This document shows, piece by piece, positions 1-9,041 of a DNA stretch of 64,000 nt. The stretch covers positions 1 to 64,000 of the IMG/VR virus record IMGVR_UViG_3300023198_000833; one strand, given 5' to 3'. The stretch comes from a virus. A program made the position numbers and the translations under genes. Under the pieces are notes generated by a model. The model was given only the letters and a program-made list of their open reading frames with translations, had not been told where the DNA came from and ran no database searches. The first letter of the stretch is position 1, and each line of letters opens with the position of its first letter.

Positions 1-55
1 GCCTAGTGGCCTCTCTTACGATAAAATGTCAACCTACTGTTTTAAGGCCTAGTGC

Positions 56-247
56 TCAATTCCTTTCAATGTCTTCTATGATTGCACCTGGTGCTTGATG
101 CTTCAATTTCTCTTGAATATCTTTAGGAACATCACCATCGAAAGTATAATCCATTTCTCCAGTGGACTTATTTACTCGTATTCCTATAATGCCCATATCT
201 TCACAGCCTTCGGGCAACGGTAATCCTTTTATGTATTTCTTTGCCAT
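56..247 (-). CDS. hypothetical protein (63 aa)
   Basis: ORF in the dominant minus orientation. No recognisable motif. Confidence 0.3.
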   Translation of the reverse strand: MAKKYIKGLPLPEGCEDMGIIGIRVNKSTGEMDYTFDGDVPKDIQEKLKHQAPGAIIEDIERN

Positions 248-633
248 AATTTACTAACCTTCCAACATGAACGACAAACACAGAGATGTTCTCGAAGAAC
301 TTTTAGCACCTCATGAGGACCGTTGATCTTCTCAACAGTTTCAGATGTAAAGATGACCCACTGCCTCGACTTCACTTTCGTCTTACTACATACTGGGCAA
401 ATTCTTAAAGGACATCTTAAATTTAATAATACTTCTCGATGTCTATGACGGTACCTCTTAACATACTCTTGTTTAGTTTCGTCTATTAATCTTTTTGGCT
501 CAATAATATCTACATGCTTCTCAAACTCTTTCAAGGTCCGCTTAGCGTCCGCGAACATTTTCTTATCTTTCATGTGGTCTTGAGTTTTATTCATTTTGAA
601 AAATTTTTCGGAGCTTAATAACTGAAACTTCAA
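229..633 (-). CDS. hypothetical Cys-rich (zinc-ribbon-like) protein
   Basis: CPLRICPVCS Cys pairs. The listed start is a TTG inside the left inverted-repeat arm. The first ATG (MNKTQDH) is near 594. Confidence 0.35.
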   Translation of the reverse strand: MKFQLLSSEKFFKMNKTQDHMKDKKMFADAKRTLKEFEKHVDIIEPKRLIDETKQEYVKRYRHRHREVLLNLRCPLRICPVCSKTKVKSRQWVIFTSETVEKINGPHEVLKVLREHLCVCRSCWKVSKLWQRNT

Positions 634-877
634 TGCTAAGCTAGCGCTACCATACAGTTGTCAAATTTATCGATTATCTTTCTTGACAGTATTACCAACC
701 ATATTAATTTTATTAATACTTTATATAAAGCCTTTATTTACGACAACTTATAATAATAACCATAACAAAAAATCATAGATAATAATAATAATAATAATAA
801 TAATATATAATAGATAATCGATAAATTTGACAATGGTCAACCATGGCTAGCTTAGCATTGAAGTTTCAGTTATTAAG
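614..877. repeat. AT-rich segment bounded by long imperfect inverted repeats, with internal (ATA)n microsatellite
   Basis: Arms 614-678 and 813-877 are reverse complements except for a 12-nt central mismatch block. The core 679-812 is more than 80 percent AT, with ataataataataataataataat at 781-808. TTGACA hexamers in both arms point outward. Confidence 0.7.
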
Positions 878-1282
878 CGCTAAAACTAATGTTCTAATTA
901 AAAACACGCCAGCGGCACCCGGCGACAAGCAAAACACGTCGCGTAAGTCAACATATTGTAGTAAATTACCGTTAAGATCTTCGATTTCCATTATGTTATT
1001 TGCACGGTAGCGGACCAACAAAACAGTGTCACCACGTTCAACGAGTTTTTCCATTAAGATACGTTGTCCCGTCCGCAAGCGACCGTTATCTTTTTTCATT
1101 TCAAGCCACCCGCGAAACTTATTGTGGCATACGTATCTATCAGGCAAAGAATTGGTTTGCATATTGCCACCGACCATCGGAAGAGTAATGGCGTTACACG
1201 AATCTAAACAATTACAAAACCATCTCGTGAAAGCGGATTCATTTTTGAAGTTCATCTTTACCCCATTGCAATAAGTTCTCAC
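866..1282 (-). CDS. hypothetical protein, possible PD-(D/E)xK-type nuclease
   Basis: GWLEMKKDNG (ExK-like) segment. The 3' end lies in the right inverted-repeat arm. Confidence 0.3.
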   Translation of the reverse strand: MRTYCNGVKMNFKNESAFTRWFCNCLDSCNAITLPMVGGNMQTNSLPDRYVCHNKFRGWLEMKKDNGRLRTGQRILMEKLVERGDTVLLVRYRANNIMEIEDLNGNLLQYVDLRDVFCLSPGAAGVFLIRTLVLALNN

Positions 1283-2342
1283 CTAACGGTCCACGATGCG
1301 CTGCACTCATTCTCAAGATAGCTAAAGCCATGATTAAATTAATATGATCCCACATATAACCATTACCTAAGCACCATCGCCTAAACTCATCCACCACTTC
1401 TTGCCCGTATCCAGACCACGTGCCGTCATCTGTAATCGTATCATGCACGAAATAAATTGATTTAAGAATCTTAGCTAAGTCATGATAAACATCGCCTGTC
1501 GCTTCGCCGTGAAAATCGATATTGACAAATCCGTCACCGGTGTTGATTATATTTTCAAACCCACAATCACCATGCCAGTTCCTACACATCCTGACCTTTT
1601 TTGAATCGACTCTCGGTACGTCGAACCCGCATTTAGTAACTGTGCGCTTGTAATAAAATTCATTAGCGAAATGATCTCGACCTAAGGTCGTGTAATCCTT
1701 CCAATAAGTCTGCATCCAGTCTAAATAATTAATCAATCGATCAGGCTGCAATATATTTCCAGCCACGTGTTTGTATTTAAACCAATTACCAGACTGTGAT
1801 TCGATCTTAGGACCTAAAGCATACTTACGTCGTACTCGATTCCGCGCTTCCATCGCATCAGTAAAATGTTTGTAGATATACCCGTCATACATGTAAGTAT
1901 GATTTTTAATCTTGTCCATCCGGTCATAATACGGCAACGACTGCTGACTGATAAGAACATCCTTGAACATCCCACCGCATTCATCATCAGTCACTGGCGA
2001 TACGATTTCCAACGGTAATGTACCGAGCGTCATGAGAACTGGCTCAAGCGGATCAGACCGGAAACTGTCGTGACCTAAATGACTGTAAGCGGCTTCATAA
2101 TATATAGCATTTGAACTGATCATCTTATGAGCAACTCCGTGCTCGATCGTTGTCGCATCGCCGGGATTTAGAATTTCGACTCCGGCATCATAATATATTT
2201 TCAGTTGACCTGAGATAACGATAATCGTTTCACGTTTGTGTTTGTGATAATGCATCGACGTGTTAGCTGTCAAAATTAATAGCTTGACTTCATATCGATC
2301 ATTCTCTTCTATTATTTGTTCTGAACCCCATCGCTTGATCAT
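1239..2342 (-). CDS. cupin domain fused to APH/CotS-family (anomeric sugar kinase-like) phosphotransferase
   Basis: N-terminal two-His cupin motif (HYHKH...GDATTIEHGVAH). C-terminal Brenner motif WHGDCGFENII plus NIDFHGEATGD metal-binding segment. Confidence 0.5.
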   Translation of the reverse strand: MIKRWGSEQIIEENDRYEVKLLILTANTSMHYHKHKRETIIVISGQLKIYYDAGVEILNPGDATTIEHGVAHKMISSNAIYYEAAYSHLGHDSFRSDPLEPVLMTLGTLPLEIVSPVTDDECGGMFKDVLISQQSLPYYDRMDKIKNHTYMYDGYIYKHFTDAMEARNRVRRKYALGPKIESQSGNWFKYKHVAGNILQPDRLINYLDWMQTYWKDYTTLGRDHFANEFYYKRTVTKCGFDVPRVDSKKVRMCRNWHGDCGFENIINTGDGFVNIDFHGEATGDVYHDLAKILKSIYFVHDTITDDGTWSGYGQEVVDEFRRWCLGNGYMWDHINLIMALAILRMSAAHRGPLGENLLQWGKDELQK

Positions 2343-2653
2343 AGCGCCCTCCTTGTAATCGGGCCGGTGCCCGGTATTCTACCGACTGGGCCTTTCAGTC
2401 TCTTTGTCTTTTTAACTTTAACGCCGCCCTTCATTTTAATTACCTGCGGTTCATCGGTCCAAAGAGCATCAGGTACCTTACCATCCTTAACACGACCTTG
2501 AACTGCGAGGCGCACGCAACCGTATAACCATTCAGACCGTGCGACTACAATACCTGAATGACCAGTGACAGTATCTTTGACTTTGTCTCCGAGTTTAATC
2601 ATAATTTTCTCCTTTAATAACTCTAATAATATTACACCGCGTTCATGGAACAT
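2339..2653 (-). CDS. hypothetical protein (104 aa, Lys-rich C-terminus)
   Basis: ORF only. Confidence 0.3.
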   Translation of the reverse strand: MFHERGVILLELLKEKIMIKLGDKVKDTVTGHSGIVVARSEWLYGCVRLAVQGRVKDGKVPDALWTDEPQVIKMKGGVKVKKTKRLKGPVGRIPGTGPITRRAL

Positions 2654-2735
2654 CGGTGACGAGCGTTACTATTTCACCAGTCAGTAATTCAACTGTAGGC
2701 TCGGTGATCATACACCAATAATCGCATTATCCAAT

Positions 2736-3578
2736 TCATCTGTTTGTCGCCTCGAAAAAGAAGTCAAATAATCTGTATAGAGCAGCCTTAACAAACGGAT
2801 AAGCGCCTTTCGATACGTCTTCAGGCAACTCATTGAAATGATACTGCCCACCTAACTCAACAGCCTGAGCAATGCCGCCCCATCGTTTCCATCGCTTACC
2901 GTTAATTACTGCATCTTCCCAGTCTGCAATATTTAATCCGTGCGTGCGAGCATAGGTAACATAGGTACGCGTTGCGATAACGCCGAGCTGCGGTGCAATA
3001 TTCCACGCTTGCAGATATTTCGCTGATTTCCAAAGGACCTCTCTATTGGTGTAATCGCTATTGTGACCTTTGAGTGGCAATCCCCAAGCGTGCATGTTTT
3101 CACATAGATCTTCATCGACAGTATTAACATTGTAACACGACCTGATTTTACAGCCGGTCGGGAATGATAGATAAGCGATTCTATCCACTGGTACTATATC
3201 GAGTAATCGATACATGTACTCAATATAATTTGGTACTGGGTCCTCACCTGTTCCAAGCTCCCATTTCATATTCGGATAATGATCTACACATTGTTTAATT
3301 AATTCGAGATCAGTAGTATGCAAATGCACATAGTCATACGGCAAATCCTCAATGTGTGCGGGGTCCTCGCCGCCCTTAAGAAAATGATCTTGAGCGATGA
3401 TTCTATTAGGCCCTACGAAATCTCGTAAGCTCTTCGGTGTGAATCCCGTATATCCACCCAGCGGATTAACTTGACTCCATGAACAAATAAATCCAATAGG
3501 TACTGGGTAATTTGTAGTCATCAAAACGATATCTTTTGAGTATGGGCTGACGTACAGCTGTGGCCAAATTGTATTCAT
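2736..3578 (-). CDS. hypothetical protein (280 aa)
   Basis: Long ORF with good coding look. No motif recognised. Confidence 0.35.
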   Translation of the reverse strand: MNTIWPQLYVSPYSKDIVLMTTNYPVPIGFICSWSQVNPLGGYTGFTPKSLRDFVGPNRIIAQDHFLKGGEDPAHIEDLPYDYVHLHTTDLELIKQCVDHYPNMKWELGTGEDPVPNYIEYMYRLLDIVPVDRIAYLSFPTGCKIRSCYNVNTVDEDLCENMHAWGLPLKGHNSDYTNREVLWKSAKYLQAWNIAPQLGVIATRTYVTYARTHGLNIADWEDAVINGKRWKRWGGIAQAVELGGQYHFNELPEDVSKGAYPFVKAALYRLFDFFFEATNR

Positions 3579-3588
3579 AATATCTCCT

Positions 3589-3876
3589 TTACCAATCTAA
3601 ATGTTTTAAACACGCAATACTAAACACAGCACCTACGGCTACATCTAACAATTCTTCTCGTATCCTAATACGATCGCCGCCGTGAACCGCTTCAATAAGT
3701 TCGGTGTATTCTTCAGTAATCATACCTAATATTTCATGTCGAGATACGAATGTTTGTGAGCTCTTTTGAATCAATCGAAGATCTAATTTTGCTTCGAGTG
3801 CTTTAAAAGCTTCGATGATTTCGCCTTCAGATACCTGTTCACGTTTCATAATCCAACATTCCTTTCTGCCCACCAA
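3589..3876 (-). CDS. MazG-like all-alpha NTP pyrophosphohydrolase (small)
   Basis: EEYTELIEAV ... REELLDVAVGAV resembles the EExxE/EELxD MazG core. Confidence 0.4.
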   Translation of the reverse strand: MVGRKECWIMKREQVSEGEIIEAFKALEAKLDLRLIQKSSQTFVSRHEILGMITEEYTELIEAVHGGDRIRIREELLDVAVGAVFSIACLKHLDW

Positions 3877-4361
3877 TCAGGCGGATCACAATCTAATTTT
3901 AAATTATTGATTTCGACAAATTCATCAACTGCTCTGGCTACACCGAGAAAATCAAAGTAATCGTGGCCGCAGATTATTCCATGTTGTTTTAATTTTGGAT
4001 ACCAACATTCAAGATCAACTTTAACATTTTTATAAGCATGACTTGCATCGATATAAATAAAGTCAAATTGATTATCATTGTATTCAATAGATGCTTCATG
4101 CGATAATGCGCGATGAATTTTTACTTTAGGATTGTTTTTAAAACGGTTTACTACTTTAGGATAATTTATTTCAATACTTTGGTTACGATGTTTAGCCGTA
4201 TGTCCAGTAATAGTAGAATCCCAAATATCTACAAGTATAAGTTGCTTTATTGGAAGACGTAAAAGTATACTGTGAGCATGATCTCCAAGTCTTACACCAA
4301 TCTCTGCACCAACTAAAGGACGCTTAAATTTATTAAATACTGCTCGCATAGCTGGTCTCAT
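3846..4361 (-). CDS. class I SAM-dependent methyltransferase
   Basis: VGAEIGVRLGDH motif I-like. FDFIYIDASH ... ICGHDY is typical of TylF/CmcI-like O-methyltransferases. Confidence 0.45.
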   Translation of the reverse strand: MRPAMRAVFNKFKRPLVGAEIGVRLGDHAHSILLRLPIKQLILVDIWDSTITGHTAKHRNQSIEINYPKVVNRFKNNPKVKIHRALSHEASIEYNDNQFDFIYIDASHAYKNVKVDLECWYPKLKQHGIICGHDYFDFLGVARAVDEFVEINNLKLDCDPPDWWAERNVGL

Positions 4362-4696
4362 AATCCAACATTCCTTTCTCTATTAATTGCAAAACAACTA
4401 TCATCGCCGTTTGATTTTTTATCGTTTATTAATATGCGATCACCATGGCTGACGCCCATGATTAAATGATCCCAGAACAATTTCTGTTCACGTAACATAA
4501 TCTCAAGTCGAGATCTGCAAGATTCTTTTCGAGCTGTCATGAGAACAATACAGCAACCTTCCTTCTCCCATAAATCAAATGAATTTTTTACGCCCGGTAA
4601 TATAAACGGCGCTTGGGACCATTGATATCCGGCACCTTTACCGTGATGCTGGAATATGCAACCGTCAATATCTATTATAATTGTTTTAGGTATCAT
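4358..4696 (-). CDS. HAD-superfamily phosphatase-like protein
   Basis: N-terminal IIIDIDGCIF (DxDG motif I). Confidence 0.45.
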   Translation of the reverse strand: MIPKTIIIDIDGCIFQHHGKGAGYQWSQAPFILPGVKNSFDLWEKEGCCIVLMTARKESCRSRLEIMLREQKLFWDHLIMGVSHGDRILINDKKSNGDDSCFAINRERNVGL

Positions 4697-5910
4697 AATT
4701 TTCTATATCCACCGTATTCCTCCCACCATGAATCATCGTTCTTACGGCCCTCGAACAAATCGTTGAGGCACTTATCTAACAAACTAAAGTCAGGTTTCGA
4801 CACTTCCCATAAGCCATCGATTAAGGCTTTACGCATACCTTCACGCTTATCAAAAAATCGAACAGCTTTTAATAAATCGCCCGGCTGACTAATTCGATTC
4901 TGAGAATCCAATGGCAAATATTTCTCGAGCGGGTCAAAGGTAAACGGTGCACCTCGCCCATAGAATAACGGCATACATCGCTGAGCTAAAAGCGTCCGTA
5001 ATTTACCAGTGTAGAAATTATCTCCAGCGGCTACGCATGGACAACATACGGCGTCGGCCAAAACTTCTACAACTTGATTAGGTTTGATCACGCCCATCAT
5101 ATACTCTGGATCATAACCTGAAAAATGCTCCCAGCCTTTACCGTACAATTTCATACCAACTATTTTCAATATTTCAATATCCGCTTCCGGCAACAAAATA
5201 TTTGACCATGCATCGTCACGCCCTCTGAATTTACAGCCATCCTTGATGTGGGCGTGGGAAACGATGGTACACGGCTTAGTCTTTTCACGCTTAACTCGAG
5301 TATGTTCGCACCAATTTTCGGCGCCGGCATATACCTCACGTACTTCGTATTGTTGAAACTTGATTGTGCGAGTCCATTCATGCGTCCGTTGAGATAAGAG
5401 AGCGTACGGAATTACATGATCCCATCCTAAACTCATTTCACCCTCTCGAGGATATGAACGCGGATCATTATTAATAACAATTCTCGGCAGCTTAAAGTGC
5501 TGTAAAATATTGAGAATCGGTCCTACGTATCGAACCCCGCATGCTTGCACGCCTGAGGCTGTTGGATTACCTATCCAGCTTAAAGTTGAAGCGTACCCCG
5601 CAATATTCACGTAAACATCAGGATCAACGGCCTCCACGTTCTCTATATCGCGGTTCCAGCACTCCTGTTGGTATTTAATTGTGGACTCATTACTGAGGCC
5701 TTGTAAGGCGGATTCGATGTAAATAAGGCCTTTCGGCAACTTGCCTCTCCATTGACCGAAGTAAACAACCTGTATGTCCTTATTTTCCAGCAAATGGTTG
5801 ATAACACCCTCTGTCTCACCTTGCTCGCCTACAGCGCTATTTAAGGCCGCCTGTTCACGTGTATAGAACACACCGCCTACCTTACTAATCAATACTGTTT
5901 TCATTTCCAA
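4693..5910 (-). CDS. hypothetical protein (405 aa), possible glycosyltransferase
   Basis: Size and context only. No firm motif. No visible similarity to T4 alpha/beta-glucosyltransferases. Confidence 0.3.
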   Translation of the reverse strand: MEMKTVLISKVGGVFYTREQAALNSAVGEQGETEGVINHLLENKDIQVVYFGQWRGKLPKGLIYIESALQGLSNESTIKYQQECWNRDIENVEAVDPDVYVNIAGYASTLSWIGNPTASGVQACGVRYVGPILNILQHFKLPRIVINNDPRSYPREGEMSLGWDHVIPYALLSQRTHEWTRTIKFQQYEVREVYAGAENWCEHTRVKREKTKPCTIVSHAHIKDGCKFRGRDDAWSNILLPEADIEILKIVGMKLYGKGWEHFSGYDPEYMMGVIKPNQVVEVLADAVCCPCVAAGDNFYTGKLRTLLAQRCMPLFYGRGAPFTFDPLEKYLPLDSQNRISQPGDLLKAVRFFDKREGMRKALIDGLWEVSKPDFSLLDKCLNDLFEGRKNDDSWWEEYGGYRKL

Positions 5911-6512
5911 TATTCCTCATAAGTTTTAATGGTTCCAATGTCCCACCAATTCGGGTCATGTATTACAATTGCTTCACCGTCAATCTTTTTAAGAAACTCT
6001 AATGTATCCTGATAATGATGAGCCCATTGAATAGCATCTCGATCTAATTGCATCCAGCCTGCTAATTGTCGACCGCGGTACCAAGTTAACGCTCCTGATT
6101 TAATCGGATCATCAATCGCCATTACTGTATGGCCGATTGGTTTTGGGTCTTCAAGTTCAACTGAATAAACATTATCACAAAACGCAACAATAACTCGATC
6201 TTCAAAACCGAGAGCCGTATCTGGCAATAATTGACTAATGGCCATCGGTACACCGAGCGGCACTTCTTGAACTAAATATTCGATAGGTTCGTTAGGGTAG
6301 TAATGCTTAACAATCAATGGGATAATACTGTTAGATGGAATCACAATACTTATGGGAGTTATTTTTGATCGTATAAAGAAATCAATACTGGAAGTTATAA
6401 CTGGCTTATGATTACGTAATGGTAATAACGGTTTATTCGGTAGGCGAGTTGCTAAGCCTCCTGCTAAGATCAATCCTCGATTCATTTTATCATCCTTAAT
6501 ATTGCCGGCCAC
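5901..6512 (-). CDS. sugar-phosphate nucleotidyltransferase (MurU/RmlA-like NTP-transferase)
   Basis: N-terminal GLILAGGLATRLP is the GGxGTRL signature of sugar-1-phosphate nucleotidylyltransferases. Confidence 0.55.
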   Translation of the reverse strand: MAGNIKDDKMNRGLILAGGLATRLPNKPLLPLRNHKPVITSSIDFFIRSKITPISIVIPSNSIIPLIVKHYYPNEPIEYLVQEVPLGVPMAISQLLPDTALGFEDRVIVAFCDNVYSVELEDPKPIGHTVMAIDDPIKSGALTWYRGRQLAGWMQLDRDAIQWAHHYQDTLEFLKKIDGEAIVIHDPNWWDIGTIKTYEEYWK

Positions 6513-6598
6513 CCCGAAGGATAACCGGCGATAGTTTATGCAAACCTCATTGGTTTTATTGTACCACCAGCGTAGGCCGCATTGATATTTCTACACTG

Positions 6599-7603
6599 CT
6601 ACGGCGCAGTGCCCTTGAACATGTTCCCGAACATTCCGGATAAGTCCATCAACGACATCGACTGTTGGCCAGTCGGAATGCCGAACATTTGCAATGATGG
6701 CCCTATCTTTTCTGCAAACTTTAAAGCAACGACGTTAGCACCGCCCTCACCTACAAGTGCTTCTTGTAATAATCGCTTGCCTTCAGCTTCTGATTTGTAT
6801 ATCTCCAGCTGGCCAGCGGCCTGCGCTTCGAGTTGATATTTTTCAGCGTCAGCTGCAAGCTTAACGCTCTCTGCTTTACCCTCGGCGTCCTGTATCGCAG
6901 CAAGCTTTAAACCTTTAGCATCGTTCTCTAATTTCTTAGCCATTTCATCTGAGGCTTCAGCAAGACGCTTATTAACTTCGATTTCTTGATCAGCTAACTT
7001 CTTATCCTCGATCTTTTTCTGAAATAACGGATCGAACTCGTAATTCCGAATCAAGACATCTTGAATCTGAATCGCTGGATACTCGGATAACGACAGTTGC
7101 AAGGCATCCTTAGCCAAGTCTTGAATCGTGTCTCTGATTTCTCCTTGGTAAATTTCTTCAGCCTCATACTTACCAATTGCTATACGCGATACTGACCGGA
7201 CTTGCGGAGCTAACACATCAACTTCGAATGTAGGTCCAACAGACTCATGCAAACTCGGCACGTCGTTTTTAGCTAACGAGTAAATTGTAGTCAAGTCGAC
7301 TGAAATCTTTTGGCCGTCCTTTGTTTTACATTGGAGGGTATGATATTCTTCCCGTCCTTTAGAGTCAACTGCAGGAAAAGATCTGGCTGATACTCGATAG
7401 ACAAAAACAGATGTCTTTACTCGATTGTATAAACACCAGCCCATTAGCACAGGCTCGGTATCTATATCTTTTTGGAGCTTATTAACTTGAACTCCAACTT
7501 CGGTTGCATCTATGTCTGTTAATCCAGCGGTACATAACAGTGCAACGACTGCAATTAAACCGAGGGCTGCACAAACGTACAGGATTGTTCTTTTCTTGTT
7601 CAT
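6599..7603 (-). CDS. SPFH/band-7 (HflK/C-prohibitin-like) membrane protein
   Basis: N-terminal TM helix (ILYVCAALGLIAVVALLC), SPFH-like core, then a long Ala/Glu/Lys coiled-coil tail. Confidence 0.55.
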   Translation of the reverse strand: MNKKRTILYVCAALGLIAVVALLCTAGLTDIDATEVGVQVNKLQKDIDTEPVLMGWCLYNRVKTSVFVYRVSARSFPAVDSKGREEYHTLQCKTKDGQKISVDLTTIYSLAKNDVPSLHESVGPTFEVDVLAPQVRSVSRIAIGKYEAEEIYQGEIRDTIQDLAKDALQLSLSEYPAIQIQDVLIRNYEFDPLFQKKIEDKKLADQEIEVNKRLAEASDEMAKKLENDAKGLKLAAIQDAEGKAESVKLAADAEKYQLEAQAAGQLEIYKSEAEGKRLLQEALVGEGGANVVALKFAEKIGPSLQMFGIPTGQQSMSLMDLSGMFGNMFKGTAP

Positions 7604-7624
7604 GTTCGTTCTCCTTAAATAAAA

Positions 7625-7879
7625 TTAATGTTTCATGGCTTTCTTGAGCCAAGCTTTAAATTCTTTTCGTTTTTGGGCAACCATTACGTTGATTCCCATT
7701 AAGTGAATGCATGTGCCTTCTTTTGGAATTGGGCGTTTATTTCTGCCCATAATATTGCTGGGCAAGGTGATAGACGATAGCGATACAATAAACTCAGGAT
7801 TAATATCGCGCATTGCTCTGCCTACACTGATCTTGTCGCCGGACTGTTGTATCATAACCTCTTCTATTTCAATAAGCAT
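7625..7879 (-). CDS. hypothetical protein (84 aa), possibly an NfeD-like partner of the SPFH protein
   Basis: Adjacent to the SPFH gene. ORF only. Confidence 0.3.
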   Translation of the reverse strand: MLIEIEEVMIQQSGDKISVGRAMRDINPEFIVSLSSITLPSNIMGRNKRPIPKEGTCIHLMGINVMVAQKRKEFKAWLKKAMKH

Positions 7880-8076
7880 TACATATACCTTTCATACAAT
7901 CGATTAATTTTTTCAGTTTGAAAATCATCGTAGTAACCTAACAGTTTCATTTCGTCTAAGAATCTAATTTCCCAGTCCGTAAAGTTCTTATCGTCGGTAG
8001 CTAATATCTCATCAACCATGTCACCTAAAAAATCATTATCTGTAATCATTTTAAATCGTTCCAAGTATATACGCAT
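7879..8076 (-). CDS. hypothetical protein (65 aa)
   Basis: ORF only. Confidence 0.25.
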   Translation of the reverse strand: MRIYLERFKMITDNDFLGDMVDEILATDDKNFTDWEIRFLDEMKLLGYYDDFQTEKINRLYERYM

Positions 8077-8918
8077 TCATGTGCAGGTTTATCGATACGC
8101 CATCTACTGAAGTGTGCATGTATAAGACGATTTCCGTTTCCGACGGATTGATATGTAACTTCGCACACCCGTCCAAGATCTTCCTGTTCATCGATCGCCA
8201 CGCGTGTTGCATCGTCCATTCCAGAAACGTTAGCGATTTCTCGTAGTTCTCCATCGATATAAACGCTGCATTTGAGAGACCCGACAAGGCCAAGATATTT
8301 TCCATTGCCATCTGCAAATCCTGTCACAATACAATCGACATCTTTTGTAGGTTTAACTTTATACCAATTAGAATAGTTACTTTTCTTTAATACCCAACCT
8401 TCGATATCTAAATCAATCGCATCCTCAATCAATTGTTCACGAGTATCCTCTGGGCGTAATCTAAAGAATGGAGCGAACGGAATAAATCCGTTTGTTTGCA
8501 ATAATTCCTTAGTGGGCTCAAGACGATAACTTTGGAGGTTTTTACCTTCCCACCACGGTACAGCGAACGGCATAAACTCCAAAGTGTCTAACCCGTCTGC
8601 AAGTGCATGTGCTGCATCACCAGCATTGCCGCGTATAACGTATATCTCACCATCTACTGACGATCTCGGTGGCATGATCGCTTGAAGTTTTTTCCACCAT
8701 TTATAATCAACAATATGTGGTCGTAGAACGGTGAGTTCTCGATCAGGCCGAATCGTCCGCTCGAATGCTACAAGCTTGCCGTTATCTTGATTAAATAATG
8801 TGAGTCGATGACCGTTGTATTTATACTGCTTATAGTAAGCAAACTGACCAGTCCAATTTTTTGCTTTTAATCGTTCGTGCGTCCACATATTATCTCCAAT
8901 TAAACTTGGCATTGACAA
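8046..8918 (-). CDS. ATP-dependent DNA ligase (small, T7/Chlorella-virus type)
   Basis: Motif I KYNGHR (KxNGxR), motif III VDGEIYV, motif IV EGWVLKK, motif V YKVKP. Confidence 0.65.
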   Translation of the reverse strand: MSMPSLIGDNMWTHERLKAKNWTGQFAYYKQYKYNGHRLTLFNQDNGKLVAFERTIRPDRELTVLRPHIVDYKWWKKLQAIMPPRSSVDGEIYVIRGNAGDAAHALADGLDTLEFMPFAVPWWEGKNLQSYRLEPTKELLQTNGFIPFAPFFRLRPEDTREQLIEDAIDLDIEGWVLKKSNYSNWYKVKPTKDVDCIVTGFADGNGKYLGLVGSLKCSVYIDGELREIANVSGMDDATRVAIDEQEDLGRVCEVTYQSVGNGNRLIHAHFSRWRIDKPAHECVYTWNDLK

Positions 8919-9041
8919 TATTCATACGGTTCACCGCATCGATATAGTCACTCATTTCTTTTTCCTTAATTGTTTATACCGCTTACTTCCAACGATACGT
9001 CGTTTTATTTTTCCGGGAATTCTAACTTCTATTACTTTCAT

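Noticed and set aside
1000-1274. Plus-strand ORFs 1000..1188 and 1026..1274, and similar plus-strand ORFs elsewhere (e.g. 4613..4888, 13131..13382, 17251..17511, 28937..29221, 37069..37323, 40376..40759, 42196..42729, 43261..43863, 49408..49638, 52511..53208, 59886..60377, 61728..61985).
   Set aside because: Each lies entirely inside or antisense to a longer, motif-bearing minus-strand gene. They have no SD and show low-complexity translation. I treat them as shadow ORFs.
4693-5910. 405-aa protein as a T4 alpha- or beta-glucosyltransferase homologue.
   Set aside because: Comparison with recalled T4 agt/bgt sequences showed no convincing shared motifs. Left as a hypothetical or possible GT.
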